A stretch of 63,976 nucleotides of DNA, filler included, from Sphacelaria rigidula (lineage: Eukaryota), in NCBI GenBank assembly GCA_964200075.2. It is 10 parts of 10 records of this genome, joined end to end, with 100 filler letters (N's around TTAATTAATTAA, not from the genome) between each part and the next. Parts side by side here need not be neighbours in the genome. Positions count along the whole stretch, not along the records: positions 19,226 to 25,533 come from CAXNAA020020879.1; positions 25,634 to 31,941 come from CAXNAA020020880.1; positions 32,042 to 38,348 come from CAXNAA020020881.1; 7 more parts are not named here. The stretch is one strand, 5' to 3'. Under the pieces are notes generated by a model. The model was not told the origin of the DNA, made no database searches, and was given only the letters and a program-made list of their open reading frames with translations. Shown piece after piece: positions 24,817 to 37,762 of this stretch (position 1 is its first letter; the number at the start of each line of letters is the position of its first letter). Position numbers and translations under genes: made by a program.

Positions 24817-25821
24817 TTAACGAAGGGGATTGTCCTCTTTTCCACTATCCCTTTTTGACAGGGAATTGACCCCATAACGACCAGTCCCGAGTCCTATCGT
24901 GAAGCAATTTTGGACAGATTGAACCCCAGATCTGCACGCAGGTTCATAGATGCGGTGGATCTGGACGTGGTCGTTAATCCAAGGTCTGTGTAATAATGCT
25001 GCAGACAAGACCCAACAAGCCAACACAACACATACACACCCAGCGCCGAAAAAACACGCACAGACTCCCACCACTCGCGTGCATTAGTTTCGCTGCTAGC
25101 CCTTGGTTATCTACACACGGCAGTCTTTGGTTGACGAAAATCCGTTCTGCATCGGACGAATGACGGCCGCGTGCGTGTCAAAAACAACCGACAACGTGTC
25201 GTTGCTGGCCGTTTTGTAAGCGTGTGCTGTGCGCGCGTCTCCCACAACTCATCATTTCTCAATGAAAGTCTGAACATATTTGATCAATGTCACGCACAAC
25301 GTGCACAGCTGATAATCAGCTACGGCTCGAGCTGTGTGCTTTTGGTTTGCGGGGCCATCAAGTTCCTTAGGTTCAGCTCTGATTGCGTTGAGTTTTTCGG
25401 TGTGCCTTTGCATGTGCCCCTGTCAACGGGGCATGCATGATCCCCTTCGAGGTGCAAAGAAATCCCCTTTTCAAAAAACAGCCGATCATCTATGTTGAGG
25501 ATGGTGCTTTTGATTGAGGATGAGAACCCGGAGNNNNNNNNNNNNNNNNNNNNNNNNNNNNNNNNNNNNNNNNNNNNTTAATTAATTAANNNNNNNNNNN
25601 NNNNNNNNNNNNNNNNNNNNNNNNNNNNNNNNNCCCGGCGTGCCCCGCCCCGGCTTTGTGGGGAGGCGAGGTCAATGGTCTTATGACTATGGCAAGCATG
25701 ATCATGAGTACCCCCCCCCCCCCCACCAGCGTAATGAGTACGCCCCCCCACCAGTTGAAGTAGCAGCACGGATCGTAGAAGGTACTGAGTAGAGATGGGA
25801 GAGGCTATTCAACGCGGCGAT

Positions 25822-25858
<37 letters not shown>

Positions 25859-25861
25859 ACA
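25822..25861. repeat. (AGCAAC)n hexanucleotide microsatellite. Other SSRs: (CAT/CAC)n 26489-26533, (GGCA)n/(AGCA)n 28677-28719, (ACAG)n 61177-61201
   Basis: Direct tandem units. Confidence 0.9.
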
Positions 25862-25942
25862 CGCGCGCTGGCGACCTTCTTGTTTGTGTCGATCATCGAC
25901 ATGAAAAGCCGTTCTCAGGACGGGGGGTGGGAGGAGGGTCGT

Positions 25943-26342
25943 GTACTCATTTGTTGCTCGCCTCAGTCGTTTGACCACTGACCACGCATCCCTTCCAAGA
26001 CGGAGCACCGTTCCTACTCCTATTAGAGACACCTCCAACATTCCGTCGCTCATTATGTTTCTTCCACACATTACACAAAAACCGTTTACGTATCTTATCC
26101 CCGTCCTGGTTCGCCTTCTGTGGCCACCATCTATCTCCTAGTATAGCCATCGTTTTTTCGCTACTGTCTAGCGGATCAAACGATTTCATGCCACCTTCGT
26201 TCACGTAACACATCTGCCCCAGTGGCACATCCCGTTCCTCCTTGTAAAATTCACATTCTGCCACTATATGACTTCTGCTCTTGCTATTACCACAGATGCA
26301 GTTCTGTCCATCTACTTCCTCCTTCTCTTGCCTACTGGTATA
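25943..26342 (-). mobile_element. 5'-truncated non-LTR retrotransposon (LINE, family B): ORF2 C-terminus with CCHC zinc knuckle and 3' end
   Basis: Open frame ...QNCICGNSKSRSHIVAECEFYKEERD...AILGDRWWPQ...NVWKKHNE...GCVVSGQTTEASNK* contains C-x-C-x7-H-x4-C-x2-Y-x3-R. It is flanked by a duplicated target TCTCAGGA(C/T)GG(G/A)GGG at 25913 and 26343. Confidence 0.85.
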
Positions 26343-27597
26343 TCTCAGGATGGAGGGGGGGGGGGATTGGGGCGCGAAGACGCCAAGTCTTGCGAAACAT
26401 GAGGGCCATTGATGCTTCGGTTTTCCGCTTCAGCCACCACAGATAACAAAACGAAATGGGTTAACCAACCAAACAAAAGAATCCGAAATCATCATCGTCA
26501 TTACCATCACCATCACCATCATCATTCATCATCAGCAGCATTAGCATTAGCGCTCTCACTCACCACCATCGCTCATGAACATTCAACACCACTACTGTCT
26601 TGCCTGCGTATCCACCATCGGTATGAAGTCATGCTCCGGGATAACGCTGACGCTCATCTGGTGCAACAGGGCGCGATCCAAAGCCTTAGCACCCACCGAA
26701 AATTTGCGGTAGCTCTGAGCGATGCCGGGGGGCGAGAAGCAGATGGATGTCGCCCTTGCATGAGGAGAAAAGAGCGAACGAAACACACGAGGAGGTCGAG
26801 CGTGGATCCACAAACCGTGGGCACTTCCATAGAGCTACGAAAGGGTGACCCTCATCAACTCTTGCAAACTCTAGACAAAAGATTCAATTATGAAAATTTG
26901 TACAGCGTACAGTATCGACTATTGCGTCTATTGCACAGACAATAGATTCCATACTGAACACAGTACTTTTTTTACAATGGAATTTGTTGTCATTTTCCAG
27001 GGTGCAAGCTCTTGGCATAAAAAAATGGTGAAAATAATACCGTAGCGGCCCGTTCATGAGAAACTGAATATCAGGTCTAGCCTAATTTTCTCATTTGATG
27101 CAAAGGCCTGTTCTATTCGACGTAGTGTGCGGATTGTCGCAGGAGAGAAACATTTTCCTCTATTCTTCTCCGGAAATCTCCGCCTGATTTTGTTTTTTAA
27201 ACCTGGTTCTTATTGAGCGGGCCACTGTTGTACGCAGGAGAGACTCATGAAAATGATGAGCAAAATTACGTGCAGGGGGATCAAGATAGGAATGCCTGAC
27301 TATCGTATAAACTAGCCCCAAATAAATAACCCGATCACCCTTCGGACCACGGTGACTTAGCATATTCAAGACAGAATTCAAGTTCCCCCCAAATGCAGTC
27401 ATTTTCCAGCAAAATCACACAATACCGTGGCCTCGTTTGGCACGCATGGGAACCGCTGGAAAATGATCGCACTTTAGCGGTCGGAATGATAAAAAAAATG
27501 AGAGATATCACGAGGAAGTTTGAAACGAACAGAGCACACCACCCTTATCACGGTATTCATGTTTCCGCAATGCGTGAAAACAGCGGGGGTGGGGGGC

Positions 27598-27992
27598 GTA
27601 CTCACTTGTTTCTTGCCTAGTTTATTTGACTTGCCTTGTTTATTTGACCATTGACCACGCATCGCTTTCGAAACGGAGCACCGTGCCTACTTCTACGAAA
27701 AACACCTCCTACGTTTCGGCGCCCATTCTCTTTTTTTTCCTCCATACATTACACGACAACCATTCACATATCTCATCCCCTTCCTGTCTCGCTGTCTGAA
27801 GCCACCATCTATCTCCTAGTATAGCGATCGTTTTCTCGCTATTAATATAGTGTCGAAGGACATGAAGGATTTCATGCCACATTCGTTATTTTTTCCCCAC
27901 ATTCACCCCTCTAACACCCGTTCCTCCTTGTATAGTTCACATTCTCCCACTAGATGAGTTTTACTCTCCATTTGCTTTGCCACAGAGGAGCA
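27598..27992 (-). mobile_element. Second, diverged 5'-truncated LINE family B copy (zinc knuckle to 3' end)
   Basis: Colinear with 25943-26342 and encodes ESKTHLVGECELYKEER. Both flanks are G-rich (CAGCGGGGGTGGGG / CGGCGGGTGGGG). Confidence 0.8.
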
Positions 27993-30900
27993 CCGGCGGC
28001 GGGTGGGGAGGGGGTCGCTTGTACCCTAAGAAGGTCCGGCATGCCGGGTTCGTTCCTTTCCCCGCACATATCAAGTGAAGAGGCGGGTATTAATGCCGCA
28101 AGAGAGCAACAAGATGTATATAGTCCGTACAACAGATATATTGATACGTGCATATGACGCCGTGCCCCGATGGTTCAAGGGGGTATGTTTGAAGCCGGTC
28201 AGGTCTGAAGGGTCCAGGAGACAAAAAACTGATGGAAGATGCAGTATTTTCCCACCAGAGCCTGAACACTATCGTTGAAAGCGTGAGCACGCGAATAGTG
28301 AAATAAATGTCGACGAGCATCGGCGGGGGTGCGGGAGTGCCGGTCCAGTCCTCGATATACCAAAACGACCGGCAGGTATCGAAGGAGGGACAAGGGTGGA
28401 TCGATCGCCTGAGAGACAGTACGGACTCGTCCCCAGATAGGAAACCTCGCGATAATACAGCGAACCTCGTCCGCCTCGTTTGAAGAGTCTAGGCGTGATT
28501 GTGGGGAAGAGTCCTGACCCCAAGCTTTAACGGGGTTTTAAGTTTTCCAGGCGCAGGTTGCTGCTGGTCATGACACGACGAACTCCACCCCTGTCACACA
28601 CTCCCCGGACAAATGAAAAAATAAACTGAATCCGGTTTAGATGCAAATCGTACATGTGATTCATCCCACAGACATAAGCAGGCAGGCAGGCAGGCAGGCA
28701 GGCAAGCAAGCAAGCAAGCATGACACACAAATAACAAAAATCAATGCAACAAAAAATGGCATATACACATATATCCGGCGCTAGACTCTCACTTCTCCAG
28801 GGCTCCAACAATACGCGCGAGCCCTCCCCCCAGACTGTGTCCCGTTAGGACGACGTTTCTATCCTTGATCGCTCGGACGTACTCCACCAAAGGTCGGTAG
28901 TACTGTGCCTGCATATTTTCGAGGCAAAAAGACAAGATAAAGCAAAACAAAACACGATCCGGTTTCGAGTTTTCATTCCCTCATGTTGAGCAAAAATTAG
29001 ATGGAAACAAAAGAAACAAATGAACATAAAACAGACACCACCATTAGCAAGCACTCTTCTTCAGCCGAAAATATTTTCCAAGAAAAAACAACATTACTTC
29101 GTATTTACATCACACCTCATTAAGTCGGCTAGTCAGTAAACTACGGTCATAACAAGCTTTTTATAAACGTTTTTTTTCTTCTCATACGAAAGATAACCGA
29201 AGAGATAAGTGGTCTTAAAAGTCGGAGGGGGTTACTCATGATCTTGCATGTGGTAATCATAAGACCATTGACCTCGCATCCCTACAAAGCCGGGGCGGAG
29301 CATGCCGGGTTTTGGCCGGACCAGGGGGGCTGGGAGCGCACATGGTATGAAGCCCATTACGATGAGGCTACTTGTGTGAGTGTTGATGCGTGTGTGGGAG
29401 AGCGGGCATACGAGGATGGGATTGAATCATGACTATCAGCGCTACAGCACCCCCGTCGGCTCTCGTCGCCTTTTTCTTTCGCTACTGACGCTTCAGAAAC
29501 CGGATTCCGCGAAAAAAAAGACCGCATCTTCAGTATCGGGGTTCGAGCCCGGAAACTTCGGATCCAACTGGCCATATGTGTACCTGTTGTTCCCACCGGG
29601 ACGCGATTGGATCATGACTTCTGGAACCTTCGAGAAAAAGACTCTGATCAAAAAGAAAAACCCGCATTTCATTTTGCCGCCTGACATCATTAGGCCGGAC
29701 AAAACGCGGGTCCGGTTCCCTCCAGAGGCTTTTTCTCACGAGTATCTGGCTTCCGTCGTGGGACGAAAAAAAAGAAGAGAAAACCTGATAGGATTCTGAG
29801 TTTGTTAGACGACAATCCACGAGGTGCGGGAGCGATGTTCCAATCTGAGACACCGATATTAGGGGCGAGAGATATGGGTTGATCCCTTGAGACCATTAGA
29901 CCACGGACGCGTCCTGAGAAAGGGTAAGCGTTAGGAGTGAGAACAAAAAGTAAATGGAAATAAACAAATCAGTATCGGGCAGTGCCAAATGAAAAACTCG
30001 ATGGGTAACTAACCGTTTAGGCACCAGATCTCAGAAACCCCTGAAAAGGATCGCTCTCCTGAAAATCGGGCTATCCTGCATCCCGCTAAGATTGTTCGGC
30101 CCGAAGCGTACTGAGTACCTTGCAGTTGGATGCAGTAGGCCTAGAGTTTTTATCGTATATCTCTGGTTGACAACATAACTGCTTGATTTTAGACTCGAGA
30201 AACTTCTGAGAAAATTTATGGTTTACGGCAGGTGAGCAGTGGACCCAGCTCGTCCAGAACGCGTTCTTGTCGAAATCGGCGCCTGCGGCGTCGATTTCAG
30301 GTCCACCAACGCACACTTTGCCAAGGAGAACCTATGAACCCCCCTTGCCCGAGGATGCGGTCAATGGTCATACGACTAAGGGAAGCAACAAATGAGTGCG
30401 CTCCCCCCCCCCCCCCCCCCCCTTGCCCAGGGGCCCCTATCCCCTGGGCGGGGGGGTGGGGGCGGGGGGGGGGTGTTCGTTAGTCGTTTAAAAAAAANNN
30501 NNNNNNNGGTGGGGTCCAAGGTTCAACCAACAAGGGAAGAAAAAAATGGGGGCCCCCCCCCCCCCCCCCCCCCCTCGTGCCCGAGGGTCTCCTACGCCTT
30601 GGGTCGGGGTTAGGGTCAGGGTGGGCGTTATTGCTAGTATGTTCGAAAAAACCAACCATAGATATACGACCAAAACTTGAGGTTGCCTCGTTGGATGACC
30701 GTCTACAATGAGTTGCGTCATTTGCTGGTATCGACACTTCCAGAGACGGTCACGAATTTTACTGCCTCATGGGCATCTCGCCATTTCAATACTACATAGT
30801 ACGATCACCCCCCCTGCGCGGAGTTGAGGTTCTCCACCCCGCACGACATGATGTGACTCGGCCGCGATCATGGCTACCGCAAAAGAACGTAAGCGGCAAA

Positions 30901-32041
30901 AAGAACGGTAAATTGTTTGCCTAGCTTACGCAGTGAGTAACGGCGCGTTTTACAGCATCGCTGTGGACCGACGCCAACCCTTAACCCTTTGATCCAATCG
31001 GTATCAATATTCACTTGAAAATTTATGCATGATAGAGATGGACTACCCGCACCGCGGTCTACGGGCAAAGGGGGATGAGACATGATGGGGGGTGAGTGAA
31101 AGTAGGGCCCCCACGGGAGACAAAAAAACGGTTTCGTGCGTTCTTTGACTAGCATTTTTTCCTGACCACACTTCTAACCCTATCCCTTTTCTCGAAACGA
31201 GTCCGCTCGTCGTCCCAAGGGACCAGTCCACATCTCTCCTGGTACATGCGTTGCATGAGAACGGGGGTTCGATTCCCGATGCGCTGGGTTTTTTCTTCGT
31301 CATGTCTGATTTCCCCCGTGGAAAGCGTGAGAACGTGAGTTAACAACGTAGTCGACTGAGTTTGTTTGACGTGAGTTGACGCAGTGCGGGAGTGCTGACC
31401 CAATCCGCGAGACCAAAGTGCAAGGCGTGCACCGGGGGAGATATGGGATGATACCTTGAGACCACAGGCTCATCCTTAGGAGGGGGGGAAGGGGTACGAA
31501 GTGCGACAAAAAAGAAAGAATTTGGAATCAAGGATTGGATCATGACCACCAGCACTCTCGCACCGCGTCGGCTCTCGCCGAATAAAAGTTACCTCGCATC
31601 TTCAATAGGCGGGAAATGGGTCTTCAACACTGGAAAAAAAACAAGTTAGCCATTACGGCAAGCGAAGTCACGTTTTTCCTTACTTCTCCGATTCGAACAC
31701 CGGGGCGCGATTCACCTGGGTGACTGGTAAGATCGCCAAATGTTGAACTATACATATATGTATTGGCGGTGTCCTCATTTGCTGCTTCGTCTTAGCCATT
31801 TCACCATTGAACCCACACTCCAAGACAAAGGTTGAAAAAATATTTATGAAATATATGGGGGGGGGGGGGGGGGGGGGGCGCTGACAGACGAAGCCAGACC
31901 ACACGACGGAAAGTACACACGGGAGACAAAAAAAAAAAAAANNNNNNNNNNNNNNNNNNNNNNNNNNNNNNNNNNNNNNNNNNNNTTAATTAATTAANNN
32001 NNNNNNNNNNNNNNNNNNNNNNNNNNNNNNNNNNNNNNNNN

Positions 32042-32252
32042 CTTGCATTTTGATCTCGCGGATTGGGTCAGCACTCCCGCACCGCGTCAACTCACGTCAA
32101 ACAAATTCAGTCGACTACCTTGTTTACTCACATTCTCACGCTTTCCATGGTGGAAATCAGATACTACGAAGGAAGAACCAAACCCATCGGGAATCGAACC
32201 CTCGTTATCTCCACCCTAATGGCGACAGTCGGACCAATACACCACCGGGGCG
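32042..32252 (-). mobile_element. tRNA-derived SINE family 2. Other copies: 31255-31510(+), 17405-17725(+), 58605-58922(-), 60158-60290(+)
   Basis: Head GCCCCGGTGGTGTATTGG (A-box) ... GGGTTCGATTCCCG (B-box), then a shared body (GAAAGCGTGAGAA...GTCGACTGA...GCGGGAGTGCTGA...CAAAGTGCAAG). The more complete copies end near AAGTGCGACAA. Confidence 0.75.
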
Positions 32253-32426
32253 AGGCGGCATAACGCATGCAACCCATAGAATCGGGTAGGCAGCATCGAC
32301 AGATTTGAAACGGTAGTGTTCATCATATCAAAACGAACATTGGATGGGGGGGGCACAGGAAAGACAAACGGTTGCACCTATCTATTACCACGAGGTCATA
32401 GGTAACTTAATCAAGTTCATCGTCAC

Positions 32427-35400
32427 CTTTCCATCTCTCCCGCCGGACGCCACAACCCCCCCGCGAGCCTCTCCTGCGGACAATGTCTCCACGGGACCAG
32501 AATGCGCATTAGCAACGGCTTTGCAGCAGTTTCGACCTGGGGCGTTAAGCAATATGTATGGTGAGCCGCGGAATATTTCTTACCATCTAACCGCGGGTTA
32601 TTTCGAACAACCGTTTTCGAGCTGTTCAAAGATGGGGAGGAAGTTGGGGAGAAAGTTGGGGAGGGGCACGAGGATTCGCAAATTCCCGGGTTCTGGAATA
32701 ATTGTTTTGTTTCCCCCTCCCTCATAAATATTTTTTCTTCCCGTGTTGTTGGGCTACTGACTCGTCCGACCATACGGCGGGGTGGAGGGGATATTAGCTT
32801 CAATAGTTCCCCAGAAAGTGATCGCAAAGCCGGTTCCTCGCCCCCTCCAGTAAACTGCTACGTAGGTATCATTCCTTACCCATGCCGTTGTATCATGGAT
32901 TCGTTGAACGATATACAATAGGGGGGAAGGGCGGCTAGGGAAAATTTGATTTCCAACTTTCCCCGGATTCTGAACTTCCAGGTTATTCTCTCGTGCACTC
33001 AGGGACGTCACGGGTATTGTCATCCCTTCCATGTTGCAGCACCACTCCGAAGCATATCATCTAGTTAGAAGGGGCGAGCCGCTAGAGCAAAGGGCTAGAG
33101 AGGACAGATCGCCTTCTCCTGGTGAGACATTGCCAGCATCTGCAAACGATATGGCCGCTGTCTATACCCCACCTATGATTGAACGGATCACCTCGCCACA
33201 GGCACAGACTGCCTTGTAGAGTTCCGGATATCATGCAAAAAGGAGTTGAGGACAGCTTCGACGCCTTGGCTCCTGTCGGCGCAGCGCAGATACAGAGTTG
33301 GACTTCTGATGATGGAGCAATTTTTCCGACTCCAGCAATTCCCCTTGGTTTCAGCGAAGTCGCCAAGACATGTCGGACAAAGCGCACAGAACGTACCGAC
33401 ACAATGTATTTTTGTTTGTCACAACTTGTTGTGCACCCAGACAACCATGGACGAAGGTCAGCGGAACAGGGTGTAGTAAACAGTTATTGACCAACACGAT
33501 TTCTCGACTGATTGGTTGTAAGCATTGATTGATTGATCGTCGCACATAAGCTGATCCACCGAGGACCCTAGCAGAGGTCATTTTCCATGAGATGGGCGTG
33601 ATCACGGTAAACAAAACGGAAACAATTGCTGAAGAAACGTGAAGAAAGAAGAAAGATAGAACACACAGAGCGTACCAGAAGAAAAAAAAAAGAGACAAAG
33701 AGTAATGAAAATGGTCGGCCTCTGCGACATTGTTTCAGGTGGAAAAGGTCTTGCGTAAGAATGCATGCACTCATACCCAAACAAAGGCAGGGAAATCGTG
33801 GGAAAAGGGATTGCAGCATCTGTGCCGCCTTTGTACTTTTACACAGCAGCATTCGTGGACGACGCACATCTTGTACCTTTCAGTCGGCAAAGCGTAATGT
33901 TCTTGTTCTCGACGACAGAAACTCTGCCTGTTTAGAACGGGAACGTTCCTTCGGTCTCTTGAAGACAAACCACGTACCTCTTCTTGACGAAAAAGCCCGT
34001 TGACGCTTCCTTGACCCAGAACACTAAAGGAGGGCTGCCCTTGTGCATCTGACCACACGTGACCAAGCACTTGCCATCCGCTGTCCATGCCATGCCCAAA
34101 GGCCGAGTTCGACCCGTTCTGGGTTTTTTTCATGATTTGACGGTAAGAACAGATAAACACTCCGCCTCAAAATGTAGGGAGATTCGGGATCCTTGTACTC
34201 TAATCGTCCCATATTCGACGTATATGGATGTGGTGCTGTAGGCATGTTTTGTTTACAAGTGTTGGGCACGGGGACGCGGCCCGTGATGTTGAACGTCAAA
34301 ACATCTGGGTGCTACGTGCGGATCTTTTCAGTGACCAACAGGATTTTGCCGAGGTTTGAAATCTAGTGTGATGTTCGAGGTAGAAAACACAACAAGACGA
34401 AACCAATTCGCCATGCTCGGCGTGTGGCTGTCATGTGCTGAAAACAATGCATCACTAAAAAAGACAACCATTTCCTCCACCCGTGTTTGGAGTACAACAG
34501 TGCCACGATTGGTTGTTCACCAAGTTGTCCCGCGCTGCACATGTCATCCACCAACCATCGCGTGAACCAACAGTAGCTTGAGTTGAAAGCGTCGATTCCA
34601 ATTGAAGGGTCTCATAATCTTGGCTATCTATGCGCCCTCTGCTCATCAAATGAATGCAGAGCCCAACAGTGCTTGACGAGCGTATTAACGTCAGACAAGA
34701 CTTGACTATGTGCTGTCCCCCGCTGATGGGTGGGTCCAATAGCGGCCACCTCACGAGTAACGCGTCGATTGCATCAGCTCCGACAGAGGTGGTCGATGAG
34801 CCTCAGCAAGGACACTAGTCCAAACTCGCTACGCCCACGTTACGGAACCATTCTACAACGGTATCGGTGCGTCAATACAAACACACAGCAGATCTTTTGC
34901 GGCAGGGATAATCAGGAAACGGGGTGTATCCGCTCGTCATAGTACCTCGTGCTGAAAATGTGTTCACCAGTGGCCACCTTTACCACCAGCAAGGAGTGGG
35001 ATGCGTCGGCTCCAACTGAGGCCAACAGACCGCCGCACGGAGACCAGGCTAAGCTGGCGACGCCCACGGTGTGGAAGCCCGCAATAGTGTTTTTAATTGT
35101 CTTGTTGCTGATATTCCACACAACCACCTGGGCACAAACAAGTGTGTTTGAGTGTGTGTGGCGTGTGGGTCTTGCTTCATGGGGTGATATTTTTCCAATA
35201 CTATTCTGCTGAAGGACGATTGATTGTGACTGGAAATGGATCCCAAGTTGCCAGCTAGTGCTGAACTGGTCGTTCCACGCAGTCGCCGACACTGTAGAAG
35301 TGCAGCAGCAATATTTAGGCGTGGCACTATCGGTAAAGTATGAAATAAGACTGCTGGAAGTCGTTGATTATACTATGAATGCAGGCCATATCGAAACAAT

Positions 35401-36938
35401 TTCACAGGCTTTCTTTATTATTTTTTCCAATCCAGTGATAGCTCCCTATAGTGTTTCCGATCTTTTTCCTGCTGGATATTCAATACGGACGCATATAGGT
35501 AATAAATTGACCGTATGGTTCTCCATCGAAACATTTCATTTTTCTCCTGTAGGTTCTAGTGATTTTCGTATATTTGATGTTATTAAGAGCTCCCAAGAGT
35601 CAGTCCTGGGAAGCGCTTTGGTCATTCAAGGACGGCTTGGAACCCCGACCGGATGCCACACTGTTTCCCGTGTGTTCGTGATAAGATAACTGTAAAAGGA
35701 GACGTAGTGAAGCGAGACGAAAAATACTGATATCGTTTTACTATATTTTACATCGGTACATCGGTTCAGCGGGGTCCCCAACATTCGTCCCCCGACAATA
35801 GGAACGTGACTAATGCACACCGATGACGCAGACGGTACACGCCGTCTGGTTGATGAAGACGGACTAGAAATACAACACCTCCTCGTGCACTTCGAGACAC
35901 GGCGACTCTGCCACGGCGGTGCCCCCCAAAAGACGTTGTCAACGAATTGTGCATGTACCATTCGCTATGCCATGATTTTCTTCCTGTGTGGTGAATTTAT
36001 CCGTATCCATCCCCTCTTTCGGCCATTGCTCGATCCCTCGGGAGTGAGTTAATGTGTTAATGTGTCAATGTGTCAATGTGTCAACGTGACAACGTGTCAA
36101 CGCGTCAACGTGTCAATGAGTGATGCCACGGAAGGCATGCACAAATAGTTTCTGAGGTTAGAATTGTTAGGAGCCCTATATCTCATGCAAAACACGACCA
36201 ATGAAAATATGTGAAAGTACGCCAGAATTACTACTCCAAGGTGCTGGGGACATCCCGAATGAACTTGCAAACGGGGATGCCCTGACCCATATTTTCGTGC
36301 ATCTAGAATTGTTAGGGGCCCATGAACTAGACATAATTTCGCGAAAAAAAATCACCCCTGCCGTAGCATTGCTCCGATGTGTCAACGTATCAATGTGTCA
36401 ATGTGTTAATGTGTTAATGTGTGGCAGTGAACCAATCAGTCGATGAATGTTAATGAACGTTTCTTCGCTCGCTGGGCAAAGAAGTCAGTTCGCGCTTTCA
36501 AGCTTCCCCTTCTATCAACGACCGACAGCGTTGATCAACAAAGTACAGCATCGTCAGGGGGCACTTTCCTATCAAAAACAACAGCCTGCACTCCACCGTG
36601 GAACTGAGGAATCATCACTAACCTCCCCCGAATCCCGACCAAACTGTCTCCTGAAGGACGCGCGGGATTGGTCGTCTCACGCTACGACACAGAAACGATG
36701 ACTACAGCCTTCCTCTAGTGTGTGCATACGGTCGTGGATGAATGTCGAACAATGAGACCAAGAGTCAACTCCTTCTCAATGATCTAAAGATTAGAAATGC
36801 TTCTGACCATGGTCATCCTCCATCGCACCTTAGGGTTAGCGCCTGCTTCACCGGTAGCGACCCAGTTTCCACAGGGACTGACTGCCAGGGCTGTGATGTC
36901 ATCGGTGTGTTCCTGCATGAAGCTTTGCACGCGGTCGC
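32427..36938 (-). CDS. Partial multi-exon gene for an EML/EMAP-type (echinoderm microtubule-associated protein-like) WD40 beta-propeller protein. Exons 36938-36829, 35127-34946, 34118-33978, 33343-33192 and 32536-32427
   Basis: All five exons have AG/GT boundaries and splice in compatible phases into one stop-free frame: DRVQSFMQEHTDDITALAVSPCGNWVATGEAGANPK|VVVWNISNKTIKNTIAGFHTVGVASLAWSPCGGLLASVGADASHSLLVVKVATGEHIFSTR|TGRTRPLGMAWTADGKCLVTCGQMHKGSPPLVFWVKEASTGFFVKKR|GIAGVGK...MISGTLQGSLCLWRG|RNCCKAVANAHSGPVETLSAGEARGGVVASGGRDGK. The motifs HTDDI..LA, VATG..G..P, LASVG.D..HS and AH.GPV...SGGRDGK are typical of EML-family WD40 repeats. Both gene ends lie outside the identified exons. Confidence 0.88.
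36048..36425. repeat. Two arrays of an 8-bp minisatellite (AATGTGTC) at 36048-36120 and 36377-36423, inside an intron of the WD40 gene
   Basis: Tandem AATGTGT(C/T) / AACGTGTC units. Confidence 0.8.
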
Positions 36939-37727
36939 CTGCTCACGAGACAGTGGAAAGAACGGAACCAGCGCGGTTTGAGTCAATACAGTACGAAAAT
37001 AGAAGAAGGTTTGAAGCGCCAATTTTCACGAAAAACATATTGCTGAGTATGCGGAGGTTCTTCGGTAAATATGGTGTTATTGTGGTTTGATTACACGAGT
37101 CGATATAGCAAATAAAATATGACGAAGCGCCAGGGTAGCTATCATCTGCCCCGTGTGCAAGGATTACGAACGCTGGGCATGTACAAGCTTTCGTATCTGA
37201 CTATGCTTCGATTGATGCTACGAGTGTGAATTATGTTTCTACTGCTCTGCAGACACAAGACGTGAATCCCCTGCCGCATTCCACTGAAACGGCATTGCCT
37301 TGTGCCATGAGAGGAATTCGGGTTGGATGCTTGAAGTCCACTCCTGCCCGACCTCTTCTTGGGTACAAATGTTTTGGGACAACCATCCTGATTTTTGTTT
37401 TCATCGTGTATCATCGCTGGCCGTCGCCTCGGTTGCGAGGTACCTTCTAGAGATATGCAATGCATTCTTATCTTAAAGGCAACACCTACGCGAGTAAGGG
37501 ACGTATTGCATCGAATAATGAGCACTGCCAAAAACAAATGTGACCGCCTGAACTGCGGTTATTTTCTTACGGAAATAGTTGATATTTCACGTCACCGTTG
37601 TCCACTGAACGCTCACTAAAAATGGGTATACATCACGCCATGAAAATACGTGGTAGTTTTGAAACCACGATAAAACGAGGGGATCTTGGATCTACGATGA
37701 AATGCAAACGTTAGTGCAGATCCGCCG

Positions 37728-37762
<35 letters not shown>

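Noticed and set aside
30600..30625. Telomere-like GGGGTTAGGGTCAGGG
   Set aside because: Only 2-3 degenerate units, and it is an internal part of the MITE family also seen at 7230-7260 and 8940-8980.
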